A stretch of 64,000 bases of DNA from positions 416,001 to 480,000 of the forward strand of contig JBBRCZ010000001.1 in NCBI GenBank assembly GCA_038204425.1. The letters are read 5' to 3'. Origin of the DNA: Spirochaetia bacterium. Its GTDB lineage: Bacteria > Spirochaetota > Spirochaetia > DSM-27196 > Salinispiraceae. Below, piece after piece: positions 35,111 to 48,619 of the stretch (within the stretch, counting starts at the first letter, position 1; every line of letters begins with the position of its first letter). The position numbers were made by a program, and so were the translations under genes. The notes below the pieces were generated by a model, which was not told where the DNA came from, made no database searches, and worked only from the letters and a program-made list of their open reading frames with translations.

Positions 35111-36685
35111 ATGTCCTCTGAAAAAAAAACCAATCCGGCAATTGATACGGCTAAAGCCAAGAAAGACGTCAAGTCGATCATCAAAAATAAATTTGGCTAT
35201 TTTATGTCGGTTATTTTGCTCGTGCTGATCGTAATTTCATTTGTAGTCGTACAAGCACTTCCCCAAGGTGGTTCAAGCGCTGCAAATGCAAGCTTTGGAA
35301 GCTACGATGGTGTAAGCATTGAATACAAAAGAGGAAATTTTCTTTTCAATGACATTGAGCGCCAACGACAGATGTATCGAAACACTGACGATCCTGCTCA
35401 ATTGAAGGATATCTATCGCACAAGCTTTGATCGCTACGTAAAAGAAATTGCAAAACTAAGATTGGTACAAAGAATGGGACTGACCGTAAGCCAAGAAGCG
35501 GTTATCAAGGCAATAAGGGATTCAGGATCTTTTAATGACCCCAAAACCGGTACTTACGATCCACAACTCTTTGAAGCATATAAAAATAGCGACCTTAATG
35601 CCATAGGCTTGCTCTATGAAAATATTCAAGAAAGCTTACTTATCGAAAAAGCACGATCGACCATCGCTGTAGCAAGCACCTTATCCGAAAGTGAGAAGAA
35701 GTTTTTTGAGCAAATGTTCGCTTGGGAAAGAAGTTTTGAACTAGTAGGATTCTCAGAGAATGACTACCCTTTGAGTCAATTGCTTGATCATTACAATAAA
35801 AACAAATCCCTTTATCAATACCGAGACTTTTCCGTTATCAACTTTGCCAGTCAAGAAGATCTCCAAGCAGCTAGAAGCCAAATCGTTGGTGGAACAAAAA
35901 CATTCGAAGACTTGGCCGACAATGGTCTATTTGATAATCCTCGGCTCAAAGATTCTAAACGACCGAGGGTCTTGTACTACGACTTAAGATTGGATATCGC
36001 CGAAGCTAGCAAACTTGACGCTTTGTACCAATTGCCCAACGGCTCACTTAGTGAGGATATAAACGTCTCTGGCAATCGATGGCGCCTGTATCGGGCAGAT
36101 ACAGACACTGTGAGCTTAAACGTTAACAACGAAACTGACCTGGCAGACGTACGCAGATATTTACTCGGAAACGAGCGCGGCTTAGTGCAAGACTATGTGA
36201 GTCAAGAAGCACAAGATTTTGTTAAAATTGCACAGGCTAGCAGTTTGAGCAGTGCGGCAAAGCGTTTTAAAAAGGATGTCAAAAACACCGTAAGTTTTCC
36301 CATTAACTATCGAGGCCTAACGATTCTCTATCCGCAATACAATTATGAAGCACCGGCTTTTGCACAACCAAGCGATAGCGAAAACAAAGCAATCGAAAAT
36401 GCCCTCAACAACGAAGAGTTCTGGATTACGGCTTTTAGTCTAAAGACAGGTCAAGTTTCAGCGCCGCTTTCTCTTGGTGGACAGACAATAATACTCAAAA
36501 TCCTCGATGAAAAACGCCCGCTTGTCACTACAGTTGAAGCGCTTGATGCGAGCAGCAGAAATGTTTCAATGCTGGAACAGATAGTGCAAAGCACCCTGCA
36601 AAAAGATTTTGATGAACTAGTGGTAGACGAAAATCTGTTGAAGGATAATTTCTCGAGTGCCTTTGATAGATCTCTCCAACAATAA
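35111..36685 (+). CDS. Membrane-anchored SurA/PpiD-like periplasmic chaperone
   Basis: N-terminal TM helix, FGSYDG.SI, SurA_N-like region (F.DP.TG.YD), degenerate parvulin-like region, GQVSAPL. Confidence 0.7.
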   Translation: MSSEKKTNPAIDTAKAKKDVKSIIKNKFGYFMSVILLVLIVISFVVVQALPQGGSSAANASFGSYDGVSIEYKRGNFLFNDIERQRQMYRNTDDPAQLKDIYRTSFDRYVKEIAKLRLVQRMGLTVSQEAVIKAIRDSGSFNDPKTGTYDPQLFEAYKNSDLNAIGLLYENIQESLLIEKARSTIAVASTLSESEKKFFEQMFAWERSFELVGFSENDYPLSQLLDHYNKNKSLYQYRDFSVINFASQEDLQAARSQIVGGTKTFEDLADNGLFDNPRLKDSKRPRVLYYDLRLDIAEASKLDALYQLPNGSLSEDINVSGNRWRLYRADTDTVSLNVNNETDLADVRRYLLGNERGLVQDYVSQEAQDFVKIAQASSLSSAAKRFKKDVKNTVSFPINYRGLTILYPQYNYEAPAFAQPSDSENKAIENALNNEEFWITAFSLKTGQVSAPLSLGGQTIILKILDEKRPLVTTVEALDASSRNVSMLEQIVQSTLQKDFDELVVDENLLKDNFSSAFDRSLQQ

Positions 36686-38321
36686 TAATCTCATAATTGA
36701 GTCCCTTGCCTCTGAATCGGGCCAGGGACTTTATGTAAAAATTAACAACGTTAGAATCAACGGACGTGACCCACAAAAGGAAGCGAAGCTTTTAGCCAAT
36801 AACACGGAACTTCGTGACAATACACTCTATCTTTTGTTTCACCCGCTGCACTTTTATGGGGTTGACCAAGTACTCATAAAACTGCCCAATAATTGCTTGA
36901 TAGTTGCGCTTGAGCCAAACGTGAAACTTCAAGCTTTATGGTCGTCCGACGGTTCTATATTGAAAACAATTCAAGACAGCCGTTTGGTGATAAACTTGGA
37001 CAATCCTGCCAAATTTAGCGAAACAAAAACCCTAGAGCTTGTAAGAAATCTACTAGAAAACTCAGGCACAATTCGTCGTGTTGAGCCGCTATTCTTAAAC
37101 TCTTGTTCAAAAATAAAGTGCGTTGAAAGGGAGCAAGTTATTACCAAGTGCCAAGACTTGCTGCGAAACTATTGGCGCAATCAATCAACTTTGCTTTTTA
37201 TGGGCAGACTCTGGATAAAGAACATTATCAATAACTTTGGAACAGTGTTTACGACTAAGGCAAATAGCCCAGTCAGCTTGCCCGCAAGAAAAGCGTGCTT
37301 GGTATGTGGGGCAGGTCCTAGTCTTGACTCATCTTTAGACTTTATTCGTGACCAACGCCAGCACCTTTTTATAATTACTGCGGATTCGGCTTTGCCAAGT
37401 CTATTGGCTGCTAAGATAGACCCGGACGTTGTAGTAGTCTTAGAAGCTCAACAGGCCAATGTGACTGATTTTGTGGCAAGTTCCGAGGCCAGTTTTGAGG
37501 TCTGGTGTGACCTTAGTTCGCACTACAACCTGCTTCACCAGTTTAAAGGGCGAACTATCCGTTGGTTTCTGAGTGAGTTTGCACCATCAAATTTATGGTC
37601 TCAAATTAAGTCTTGCGGACTAGAGATTAACTATATACCCGCACTGGGAAGCGTAGGAGTGGTCGCACTTTACTTGGCAGAAAAAGCAGGATACAAAGAT
37701 ATTGCCTTTACCGGACTTGACTTTTCATACTATGGAGCCAAAAGCCATGCGGCAAGTAGTCCCCACCATCTTTATAATCTAAGCAAGAATTACCGAGCAT
37801 ATAGCGGCTTTTATCCGCTTCCCAACCAAGATTTAATTCCAGTCGATGGCTACAAAAATTTGTTGACAGATAAAGTGATTTTATCCTACGCAACAGTGGC
37901 AGAAAAGGTGATTGAACAGCTCGTTATGCAGGGCCTTCTGGTATATGACCTACGCACAAGCGGCATACAACTCGCCACACGCCCTTTAGGTCAAACTGAA
38001 GCATTCATTCACAAGCTCAGCCAACTAACCCCGCAGTTGCCAAGCTTGTCATTTTTAGAACTCGAGACTCAGGCCATTGCTGTGAGAGAATTCTTTGCCG
38101 TACTTTCGACTGCGATTGCAGCTTTAGAAGGCATATTAACCGGCGCTTTAGAAAGTAAAATCCAGCCCAGTGAGCATGAGCTTGTTCTTCAGAACTATCG
38201 TTACTTCTTCTATGTGATTGCTGGATTTGATCCAAAAAATATTAAGTTGGCTTTGCTTCCCTATCTTCTTCATGAGCTACATCATTTTAAAAAGACACTA
38301 AAAAAATATAGCCAAGTCTAA
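36657..38321 (+). CDS. DUF115 / Maf (motility-associated factor) / MptE-like protein
   Basis: LW.KNII.N, VCGAGPSLD, ITADSAL..L....IDPD.VV, GSV, FTGLDFSY....SHA motifs. Confidence 0.8.
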   Translation: MPLIDLSNNNNLIIESLASESGQGLYVKINNVRINGRDPQKEAKLLANNTELRDNTLYLLFHPLHFYGVDQVLIKLPNNCLIVALEPNVKLQALWSSDGSILKTIQDSRLVINLDNPAKFSETKTLELVRNLLENSGTIRRVEPLFLNSCSKIKCVEREQVITKCQDLLRNYWRNQSTLLFMGRLWIKNIINNFGTVFTTKANSPVSLPARKACLVCGAGPSLDSSLDFIRDQRQHLFIITADSALPSLLAAKIDPDVVVVLEAQQANVTDFVASSEASFEVWCDLSSHYNLLHQFKGRTIRWFLSEFAPSNLWSQIKSCGLEINYIPALGSVGVVALYLAEKAGYKDIAFTGLDFSYYGAKSHAASSPHHLYNLSKNYRAYSGFYPLPNQDLIPVDGYKNLLTDKVILSYATVAEKVIEQLVMQGLLVYDLRTSGIQLATRPLGQTEAFIHKLSQLTPQLPSLSFLELETQAIAVREFFAVLSTAIAALEGILTGALESKIQPSEHELVLQNYRYFFYVIAGFDPKNIKLALLPYLLHELHHFKKTLKKYSQV

Positions 38322-40120
38322 TCTTCAGAGGTTTTCAAAACTGACAAGAATGCCGATTGCGGAAGTTCAACATTTCCTACCATTTTCATACGTTTTTTGC
38401 CCTCTTTCTGCTTTTCTAGTAGTTTTCGCTTTCTACTAATGTCACCACCGTAACATTTGGCTAACACGTCTTTTCTCATCGCTGAAATAGTCTCCCGCGC
38501 AATTATGTTGCTGCCTATTGCGCCTTGAATCGGTATAACAAACTGATGTCGAGATATTTCTTCTTTTAGTTTCTTACAGATGTTGCGTGCGCGATGCGGG
38601 GCAGTGTCTCTAAATACAAGCTGTGACAACGCATCCACGGGCTTATGATTGAGCATAATGTCGAGTTTTACTAGATCGGTTGCTCGATAATCTATAATTT
38701 CGTAGTCAAAACTCGCATAGCCGCGACTCAAGGATTTTAGCCGGTCGTAGAAATCGTAGAGTACTTCGGCTAGCGGCAACTCATAAATCAATTCCACTCG
38801 TTTTTGATCCAAATACAGAATATCGCGCTGAATTCCTCGTTTTTCATTGCACAGATTCATCAGGTTACCAACGTACTCTGATGGGGAAATTAGTGACGCC
38901 TTGATAAAAGGCTCCTTGGATTCCAGAATTCTTGTTGGGTCAGGAAAGTCCTGTGGTGACTCAACAATTTGCATGCTACCACCGTGTAGATAGATTTCAT
39001 ACCTGACGGAAGGCGCGGTGAGCACAATTGAAAGATTAAACTCACGTTCTAAGCGCTCTTGAACGACCTCTAGGTGCAGAAGACCCAAAAATCCACATCT
39101 AAACCCATATCCCAGTGCGGCAGAGGAGTCCTTTTCGTAGGTCAATGCAGCGTCATTCAGCTTTAGCTTTTCCATGGCTTTTATCAATTCTTCATAATCA
39201 TTGGAATCAACAGGATAGACCGAAGAAAAAACTACAGGCTTGATATCTTTAAAGCCCGCCAAAGCGCTTAGACAAGGATTTTGCGCATCGGTAACCGTGT
39301 CACCAACTCTAATGTCAGATATTTGTCTGATACTTGCAAGGAAGTAGCCAACTTCGCCGCTTTCTAAGCTAGTGGTTTTTTCTAAACCAATGCGAAACTT
39401 TCCGATTTCTTCTATTACATAGTCCGCGTGTTTTGAGAAAAATCGTATGGTTTGACCTGGCTTAAAACGACCATTGAAGACTCTGATATGCACCACTACG
39501 CCTCGATAGGCGTCGTAGTGCGAGTCAAACACCAAGGCTTGTGGTGGAGAACTCGGATCGGTTTTTGGACACGGAATATGCTCGACGACAGCTTCCAAAA
39601 GTTCGTCGATGCCTATGCCCATTTTGGCAGAGACCTGCATGGCCTTATCTGTGTCGAGGCCAAGATCTTTGTCGATTTGTTTCATTACTGAAGCAATGTC
39701 AGCACCTGCCATATCAATTTTGTTGATAACGGGTATTATTTCTAGGTCCTGCTCCATTGCCAAATAGAGATTGGAAAGGGTCTGCGCTTGTACGCCCTGT
39801 GTTGCGTCAACCAGCAGCAATGCTCCTTCGCAAGAGGCAATAGCTCGTGAAACTTCATAAGTGAAGTCAACATGACCAGGAGTATCTACTAGGTTAAGCT
39901 GATAGACTTCTCCAGTTTTTGAGATAAATGGAATACTGACAGCCTGTGACTTAATGGTAATGCCGCGCTCGCGTTCAATATCCATATTGTCGAGGATCTG
40001 GTTCTTAAAGTCTCGCTCGGCAACAATTTTAGCCTTCTGAATGAACCTGTCAGCAAGGGTAGACTTACCATGGTCTATGTGTGCAATGATGCAAAAATTG
40101 CGTATCTTTGAAATATCCAT
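38318..40120 (-). CDS. lepA: Elongation factor 4
   Basis: IRNFCIIAHIDHGKSTLADR, ERERGITIK, GFRCGFLGLLH, KCYGGDISRKRKLLEKQKEGK. Confidence 0.98.
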   Translation of the reverse strand: MDISKIRNFCIIAHIDHGKSTLADRFIQKAKIVAERDFKNQILDNMDIERERGITIKSQAVSIPFISKTGEVYQLNLVDTPGHVDFTYEVSRAIASCEGALLLVDATQGVQAQTLSNLYLAMEQDLEIIPVINKIDMAGADIASVMKQIDKDLGLDTDKAMQVSAKMGIGIDELLEAVVEHIPCPKTDPSSPPQALVFDSHYDAYRGVVVHIRVFNGRFKPGQTIRFFSKHADYVIEEIGKFRIGLEKTTSLESGEVGYFLASIRQISDIRVGDTVTDAQNPCLSALAGFKDIKPVVFSSVYPVDSNDYEELIKAMEKLKLNDAALTYEKDSSAALGYGFRCGFLGLLHLEVVQERLEREFNLSIVLTAPSVRYEIYLHGGSMQIVESPQDFPDPTRILESKEPFIKASLISPSEYVGNLMNLCNEKRGIQRDILYLDQKRVELIYELPLAEVLYDFYDRLKSLSRGYASFDYEIIDYRATDLVKLDIMLNHKPVDALSQLVFRDTAPHRARNICKKLKEEISRHQFVIPIQGAIGSNIIARETISAMRKDVLAKCYGGDISRKRKLLEKQKEGKKRMKMVGNVELPQSAFLSVLKTSED

Positions 40121-40131
40121 AAAGAGTCATG

Positions 40132-40160
40132 ATAGTACTCTGTTTAGATTGTATGTTCAA
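40132..40160 (-). promoter_or_regulatory. Putative sigma70 promoter of lepA
   Basis: TTGAAC-N17-TACTAT, 11 nt before the ATG. Confidence 0.55.
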
Positions 40161-40561
40161 GGACGAAGTTTGATGTCAAACTTCTTGAGCTGATTAAATA
40201 GACTGTCCTTGTCTATCGGTTTGACTACGTATCCAGTGGCACCGCCCTGATTGAATGCCTCGATGACGTTCTTTGGATCATCCAATGCAGTTGTCATGAT
40301 TACCGGTACTTCAGCCTTGGACGAAATACCCATCTCACGTTCCAGCAGTCTGATTTGTTTCAAGGCCGTTTGGCCATCCATCTTGGGCATCATAATGTCC
40401 ATAAAGATGATTTCGTATGGTTGATTGTCTGCCCAAGCGAGTTTAAAGGCCTCGATTGCCTCTTCACCATCAACTACGGTATCAACCGTTCCAAGACTTC
40501 CAAGGATTACCTGTAGTAACCTTCGACTTCCAAAATCATCCTCTACTACGAGAATTTTCAT
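40157..40561 (-). CDS. Single-domain response regulator (CheY-like)
   Basis: KILVVEDD, IFMDIMMPKMDG, IMTTAL, VVKP; AAGGAG RBS before ATG 40561. Confidence 0.9.
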   Translation of the reverse strand: MKILVVEDDFGSRRLLQVILGSLGTVDTVVDGEEAIEAFKLAWADNQPYEIIFMDIMMPKMDGQTALKQIRLLEREMGISSKAEVPVIMTTALDDPKNVIEAFNQGGATGYVVKPIDKDSLFNQLKKFDIKLRP

Positions 40562-43241
40562 TGTCAGCTCCTTTATGCAAAAGATTTTGTATCGTTTCAA
40601 TTATTTGTTGCACTGTCTGTCGATCTTTTCGGCGTAAAGCCAACAAAAGCTTAAAAGAGTTTTCGCTCATCTCTTTGCTCAATCGCCCTTTGTAGTTTTC
40701 TCTATACTGCCTTGCAAGCTCTTGCGCAGTCTCCCATTCATCTAGACTGGCCATGTTGGCAATGCTTTTGAGTCTCTCTAGTTCGCTTTCTTCTTTGCGT
40801 CTGTGCACGCTGGAACGACCTTCCAAAAAACGTTCCCACACTCTATCTACTACAACTAATAGAGTTTGTGGTGAGAAAGGTTTTGAAAGAAATGCGTCCA
40901 TGCCGAGGATTTCGGCGTGCTGTTTTTCTTCTAAACTATCATGCGCTGTCAAAGCAATAATTGGCAACTTTCGGTTAGTTTCACCTAATTCACCAGACCT
41001 GATCATAGAAGCAATTTCGTGCCCGCTGGGACCTGGCATCACTATATCAACCAAAATTAAGTCAGGCGAACGTTTGCGTAAATAGTCGACTAAGTCAGTA
41101 CCATTTGGAAACGCCTCTACTTCGTGGCCAGCATCTGCTAAGACTCGAGAGGTCGCCGTTCTGTTGAGACTCTCGTCTTCAGCGTAGCAAATTTTTAAGT
41201 TATACGGTGACGAATAGTGTCCATAGGCTGCAGCTCGCTGTTGCAGGCTCTGCTCTAGTTCAAGTTCGTTTATGGCTCTAAGTAACTTACTTGCACGCAA
41301 GGGTTCATACATGATTTGGTAGGGAAACGGCGCGGAATGCCACATCCTTTCCTCTTCTCTTGAGAGCCGAAGAGTCAAGAAATGAGCCTGATGCATCAAC
41401 TTGGAGTACTCTACTTGGCGAAGCAGATCTATCAGTTCATGAACCTTTGCAAACGTACCTTGGAATATAAAAAATGATTTTTCATGATCAATAGTAAGAA
41501 TTGTTGCGCGAACTTCTTCTACACTTCGACATAATTCTACTCTATATTTTGTTGTGGACAGAATACCCGCCAAAGAATCCAGCCAACCCCAACTATCTCC
41601 AACAATTACTATGCTTCTGTTGTTTTGCGCCGAAGTCGAAAAATCTTTATTTTTTCTAAGCGCACCGCGCTTTAGCCAGAGTCTAGAAATAAAGGTGGAA
41701 CCACGTCCTTGTTCACTTAGAACATGGATACTTCCATTCATTGCTTCTACAAGTAAGCGCGTAATGGTAAGACCGATGCCTGTACCTGCTGTTCCATCTT
41801 GCCCCTTTACTTCAAGCTGAACAAAGGGTTGGAAGATTTCTGCCTGACGTTCTGCAGCTATACCTATTCCGGTATCATGAACTCCAATCTCCAACATTAC
41901 ATCTTGGAGACCCTCAGTATCATCCGTTGGGGCGCCTTTTGCCTTTGGCGGTGGCTCATGGCTTTCTACTTCTTTGCAAAACAAAATTATCTCACCTATA
42001 TGAGTGAATTTATACGCGTTGGATAGCAGGTTGAGCATAATCTGTTTTACCCGGGTTTCATCACCAATAAATAAACCGTCTAAGCCCGTATCTTCAACGA
42101 TATGAAAACCGAGATTTTTGGTGTGACATTGGATAGCAAATTGAGCAGCAACAGCATCAAGGCTCTCACTGAGAGGAAACGCTCGCTCGCGGATATTAAA
42201 GGTTCCACTGTCAAGCTTTACATAGTCCAACATAGTTGTAATCAGTTGATAGAGCGAGTTGGCCGAGACCTTGAGAATATGAAGGTATTCCTCTTGTTCT
42301 TTGTTGGTACTAATTTCCAGGGCGATGTCCGTCATACCCAAAATACTGTTAAGTGGGGTTCTCAATTCGTGGCTGATGTTTGCCAGAAATTCATTTTTGG
42401 CCAGTGATGCTTTTTGCGCTTCTTGACGTGCATCATCGAGTTTCTTTACAAATTCTAGCTCTTGCGTAATATCGCGGATGTAGACCAAACTGTAGGTTTG
42501 GCCTTGCTTATCACTCACTTTCTTGCTGACCAGAACCACGTTTATTTCTACGCCGTCCCAGCGAAGCAACTGACAAACCCGACCATCTCTCTCCACACTT
42601 TGAAGTTCCAATGGTGCACATTCAAAATCAAAGTCGGATCCTTCCTGACCAAGCACGTTATAGACTGAAACAAGAGGCTGGAACATCATTCTTGCTGCAG
42701 ATTTTCCAAATAGTTCAACTGCTACTTGATTGACAAACAGGACAAGTCCATCGTCATTGCTACACAGACTGGCGTGCGGGCTTTCCATAAACAGAGCTTG
42801 GTTTAAGAATAGACCATTAATTTGGTGGGTTTGAACATCTGAACTCGAGGTAAGAGCTCTGTTAAGCACAAACCGCAAATCTTGCGCACCAGTATTGTAG
42901 AAGAAAAAGAGGTCATCATAAACACTTGCGGCAGAAAGACTGGTAAACTTTTTCTCACTTTCTTCATCACAATACCAGATAATAAAGCGATCATTTATCT
43001 CAAAGTCACTCGGCATAGAGACTTGAATTCGATTGTAGCCATTTGGGCGAATGCGCGCATCGAGTATTAACCCATTGGCGTTGGGAAACAAAGAGAAAGG
43101 TTTTTCAATATCGAAACCAGAGGGTATTTCGTTAAAGGACACGGTCAAATTGAACTCAGCCAAAACTTCAACTACTGGTTGCATCAGTGGACGTGCGAGG
43201 TCAGTATTTCCTAATTGGTAAATCATACGTGGTGGTTTCAT
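40536..43241 (-). CDS. Cytoplasmic hybrid histidine kinase (PAS-HisKA-HATPase-pseudoREC-REC)
   Basis: FLANISHELRTPLN, NLLSNAYKFT, DTGIGI, GTGIGL, and REC AEDE...LVDIVMP...FLSKP. Confidence 0.92.
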   Translation of the reverse strand: MKPPRMIYQLGNTDLARPLMQPVVEVLAEFNLTVSFNEIPSGFDIEKPFSLFPNANGLILDARIRPNGYNRIQVSMPSDFEINDRFIIWYCDEESEKKFTSLSAASVYDDLFFFYNTGAQDLRFVLNRALTSSSDVQTHQINGLFLNQALFMESPHASLCSNDDGLVLFVNQVAVELFGKSAARMMFQPLVSVYNVLGQEGSDFDFECAPLELQSVERDGRVCQLLRWDGVEINVVLVSKKVSDKQGQTYSLVYIRDITQELEFVKKLDDARQEAQKASLAKNEFLANISHELRTPLNSILGMTDIALEISTNKEQEEYLHILKVSANSLYQLITTMLDYVKLDSGTFNIRERAFPLSESLDAVAAQFAIQCHTKNLGFHIVEDTGLDGLFIGDETRVKQIMLNLLSNAYKFTHIGEIILFCKEVESHEPPPKAKGAPTDDTEGLQDVMLEIGVHDTGIGIAAERQAEIFQPFVQLEVKGQDGTAGTGIGLTITRLLVEAMNGSIHVLSEQGRGSTFISRLWLKRGALRKNKDFSTSAQNNRSIVIVGDSWGWLDSLAGILSTTKYRVELCRSVEEVRATILTIDHEKSFFIFQGTFAKVHELIDLLRQVEYSKLMHQAHFLTLRLSREEERMWHSAPFPYQIMYEPLRASKLLRAINELELEQSLQQRAAAYGHYSSPYNLKICYAEDESLNRTATSRVLADAGHEVEAFPNGTDLVDYLRKRSPDLILVDIVMPGPSGHEIASMIRSGELGETNRKLPIIALTAHDSLEEKQHAEILGMDAFLSKPFSPQTLLVVVDRVWERFLEGRSSVHRRKEESELERLKSIANMASLDEWETAQELARQYRENYKGRLSKEMSENSFKLLLALRRKDRQTVQQIIETIQNLLHKGADNENSRSRG

Positions 43242-43254
43242 AGCTCGCTGCCTA

Positions 43255-46496
<3,242 letters not shown>

Positions 46497-46504
<8 letters not shown>

Positions 46505-46841
46505 AATATTTTACACCCCCTGCCAGTACAAATTGGTCGAAGGATAGCTCGATTTCCTTGGAACTCATTTTTTCATAAGGAATTATTCCTGACAAGGTTA
46601 GAGCTTTCCTGACAGAAAGGCTCACGTTTTCTGCAAGTTGAATTTTTTTTCCTAATTTTGCTGCGCTTTGCTTTGCAGACAGAACTAACTGGACAAAACT
46701 GAGGTCGACATCTGCTGCACACTCACAATTAAGGATTACATGATCAGCTTCGCCAAAAACACTAAGTATTCTGTTTTTTAGAATCTGGCAAGAACCGATG
46801 CCAACTGAACCCTCGACTGTTACAACCTTGAGTACATTCAC
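46497..46841 (-). CDS. STAS domain protein
   Basis: VDLSFVQLV.SA...A...K motif typical of chemotaxis-associated STAS proteins. Confidence 0.8.
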
Positions 46842-46888
46842 CGCTATAGAGCCCCCCAGTTTTGAAGTCTACATATCAGTATAGTGCA

Positions 46889-48619
46889 TCAAAGAAAATT
46901 TGGGGTGTCTGAATAACTAGCCAATTGAAGACTATTCTCGGTAAAAGCAAAGGCTCTCCTTCTAACACTCAGTTGAATGAGCAAAACTTTTTCTTCACTA
47001 AAGTATTTCCAGTTTAGGACTCTAACGGTATCACCTTGGCTAAATCCCGACTCATCAGCAGTGCTTCCAGGGATTACTTCTTTTACTATAAGTTTGATGC
47101 CGGAGGTGTCTTGGCCTAGGTACTCGGCAGAAAAACCAAAAACCCCTGGTAAAAGAGACAAGCTAAACCCGGCATTTGCGGCCTTAGCAAACGGAGTTTG
47201 TTCTCGGCTTCCTAACAAGGTAAGAAAAGTCTTTTCACTTGTGCTCGAGCTTTCTAAAAGCTTCCCTGTTTCGTCGATTGAATAGACGGATTCAATCAGC
47301 ATACCGGGTTTGAACTTAAGCAAGGCATTTTGAGCCTGCACTATACTGCTAAGATTTAAGCCTCCAAGTGACTTAAGCCTGTAACCGGAACGAATGCCAA
47401 CATGCCAAGCGGGGCTATCTGGGACAACATAGTTAACGATTAATTGTGATCTAAACTCAGTTAAGTGCAAACCAAGCCATGGTTGATTTACCTTTCCAGA
47501 TTCTGAAAGCCGAGGAAGAAGAAGTCTCACATAGGTGGCTGGAACGGCAAAGTTTACACCTTCATAGCTTTCAATACCGGCGAAGACAAGGCCAACAAAG
47601 GCTCCAGTTTCTGAAAGCAAAGGACCACCAGAGTTGCCTGGGTTTATGGCGGCATCAATTTGGACAATCTCACCAAGGGGTATAAATCGTCGACTCATAT
47701 TGGAAACTATGCCTGAGGTAATAGTACTATCGAGTCCGCCGGGTGAACCAATTGCTAAGACCCTAGTGCCGGGCCGAATAGCTGGACTGGTATCCAAAGG
47801 GATAACCCAGGGAGCATCTACTTCAATCTTCAAAAGTGCAATGTCAAAATGTTGATCCCAAGAAATTACTGACGCTAATACTCTTTCATTCATGCTTCCA
47901 GAGAGTTTAACGTAAAGCCGCGAATAGCCTTCATAGCTTGGATCCACTTCAGATGCGATAACGTGATAGTTGGTCAAAAGATAGCCATTTCTTTCAATAA
48001 AAAAGGCAGAACCTAGGACGCGGTCAGGGAGTCCGACGCCTTGTTGAATTTTTATTCCTTTGTCGACCATCACCGTAACCGTGGCGTAGAGCGCAGCCTG
48101 TGCATCAAAATCTTTTTTAAGACCATCTACCCATTGTCGCGCGGCCCCAAGCTTTTTCAAAAGATCAGCTTCTAACAGAGGCTTTCCCCAAGATTCCCAC
48201 GAAATTAGGGCGACTTGTTCTAGGCCTTTGTCAAGCATACGCTTAATTTGTTTTGAACGTATAAACGTCAACGCATCGTCTTTGGATGCCTGGGCTTGTT
48301 GATCGCTTGGCAAACCGGCGATACGATCTATCAAACGACGATTTGAGATCACTATTTCACCAAGATCTGTGCCTGCAACTTGCTCTTCCATTAGGTTCTG
48401 GATCTTTACGGCCCGCTCAATGAGTTCTTCTTTTTCTATCTTTTTCCCAGACCAAGCCTTGGTCCATGCCATCCACGATTCTTGAACATTGGATCTTAGA
48501 ATTACGCGATCCAAGGCATCTAGATCGTCTATGCGATTGGGAAATGAATCCACTTGTACATGCAAGCAGGATACAAGCAGTAGACTTGTTATAAGTTCAA
48601 TTAGAATCAGCTTTTTCAC
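46889..48619 (-). CDS. S1C (HtrA-like) serine protease lipoprotein with PDZ domains
   Basis: Lipobox LLVSC; catalytic triad LTNYHV, DIALL, GNSGGPL; PDZ-like PWLG..., SPA. Confidence 0.88.
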   Translation of the reverse strand: MKKLILIELITSLLLVSCLHVQVDSFPNRIDDLDALDRVILRSNVQESWMAWTKAWSGKKIEKEELIERAVKIQNLMEEQVAGTDLGEIVISNRRLIDRIAGLPSDQQAQASKDDALTFIRSKQIKRMLDKGLEQVALISWESWGKPLLEADLLKKLGAARQWVDGLKKDFDAQAALYATVTVMVDKGIKIQQGVGLPDRVLGSAFFIERNGYLLTNYHVIASEVDPSYEGYSRLYVKLSGSMNERVLASVISWDQHFDIALLKIEVDAPWVIPLDTSPAIRPGTRVLAIGSPGGLDSTITSGIVSNMSRRFIPLGEIVQIDAAINPGNSGGPLLSETGAFVGLVFAGIESYEGVNFAVPATYVRLLLPRLSESGKVNQPWLGLHLTEFRSQLIVNYVVPDSPAWHVGIRSGYRLKSLGGLNLSSIVQAQNALLKFKPGMLIESVYSIDETGKLLESSSTSEKTFLTLLGSREQTPFAKAANAGFSLSLLPGVFGFSAEYLGQDTSGIKLIVKEVIPGSTADESGFSQGDTVRVLNWKYFSEEKVLLIQLSVRRRAFAFTENSLQLASYSDTPNFL

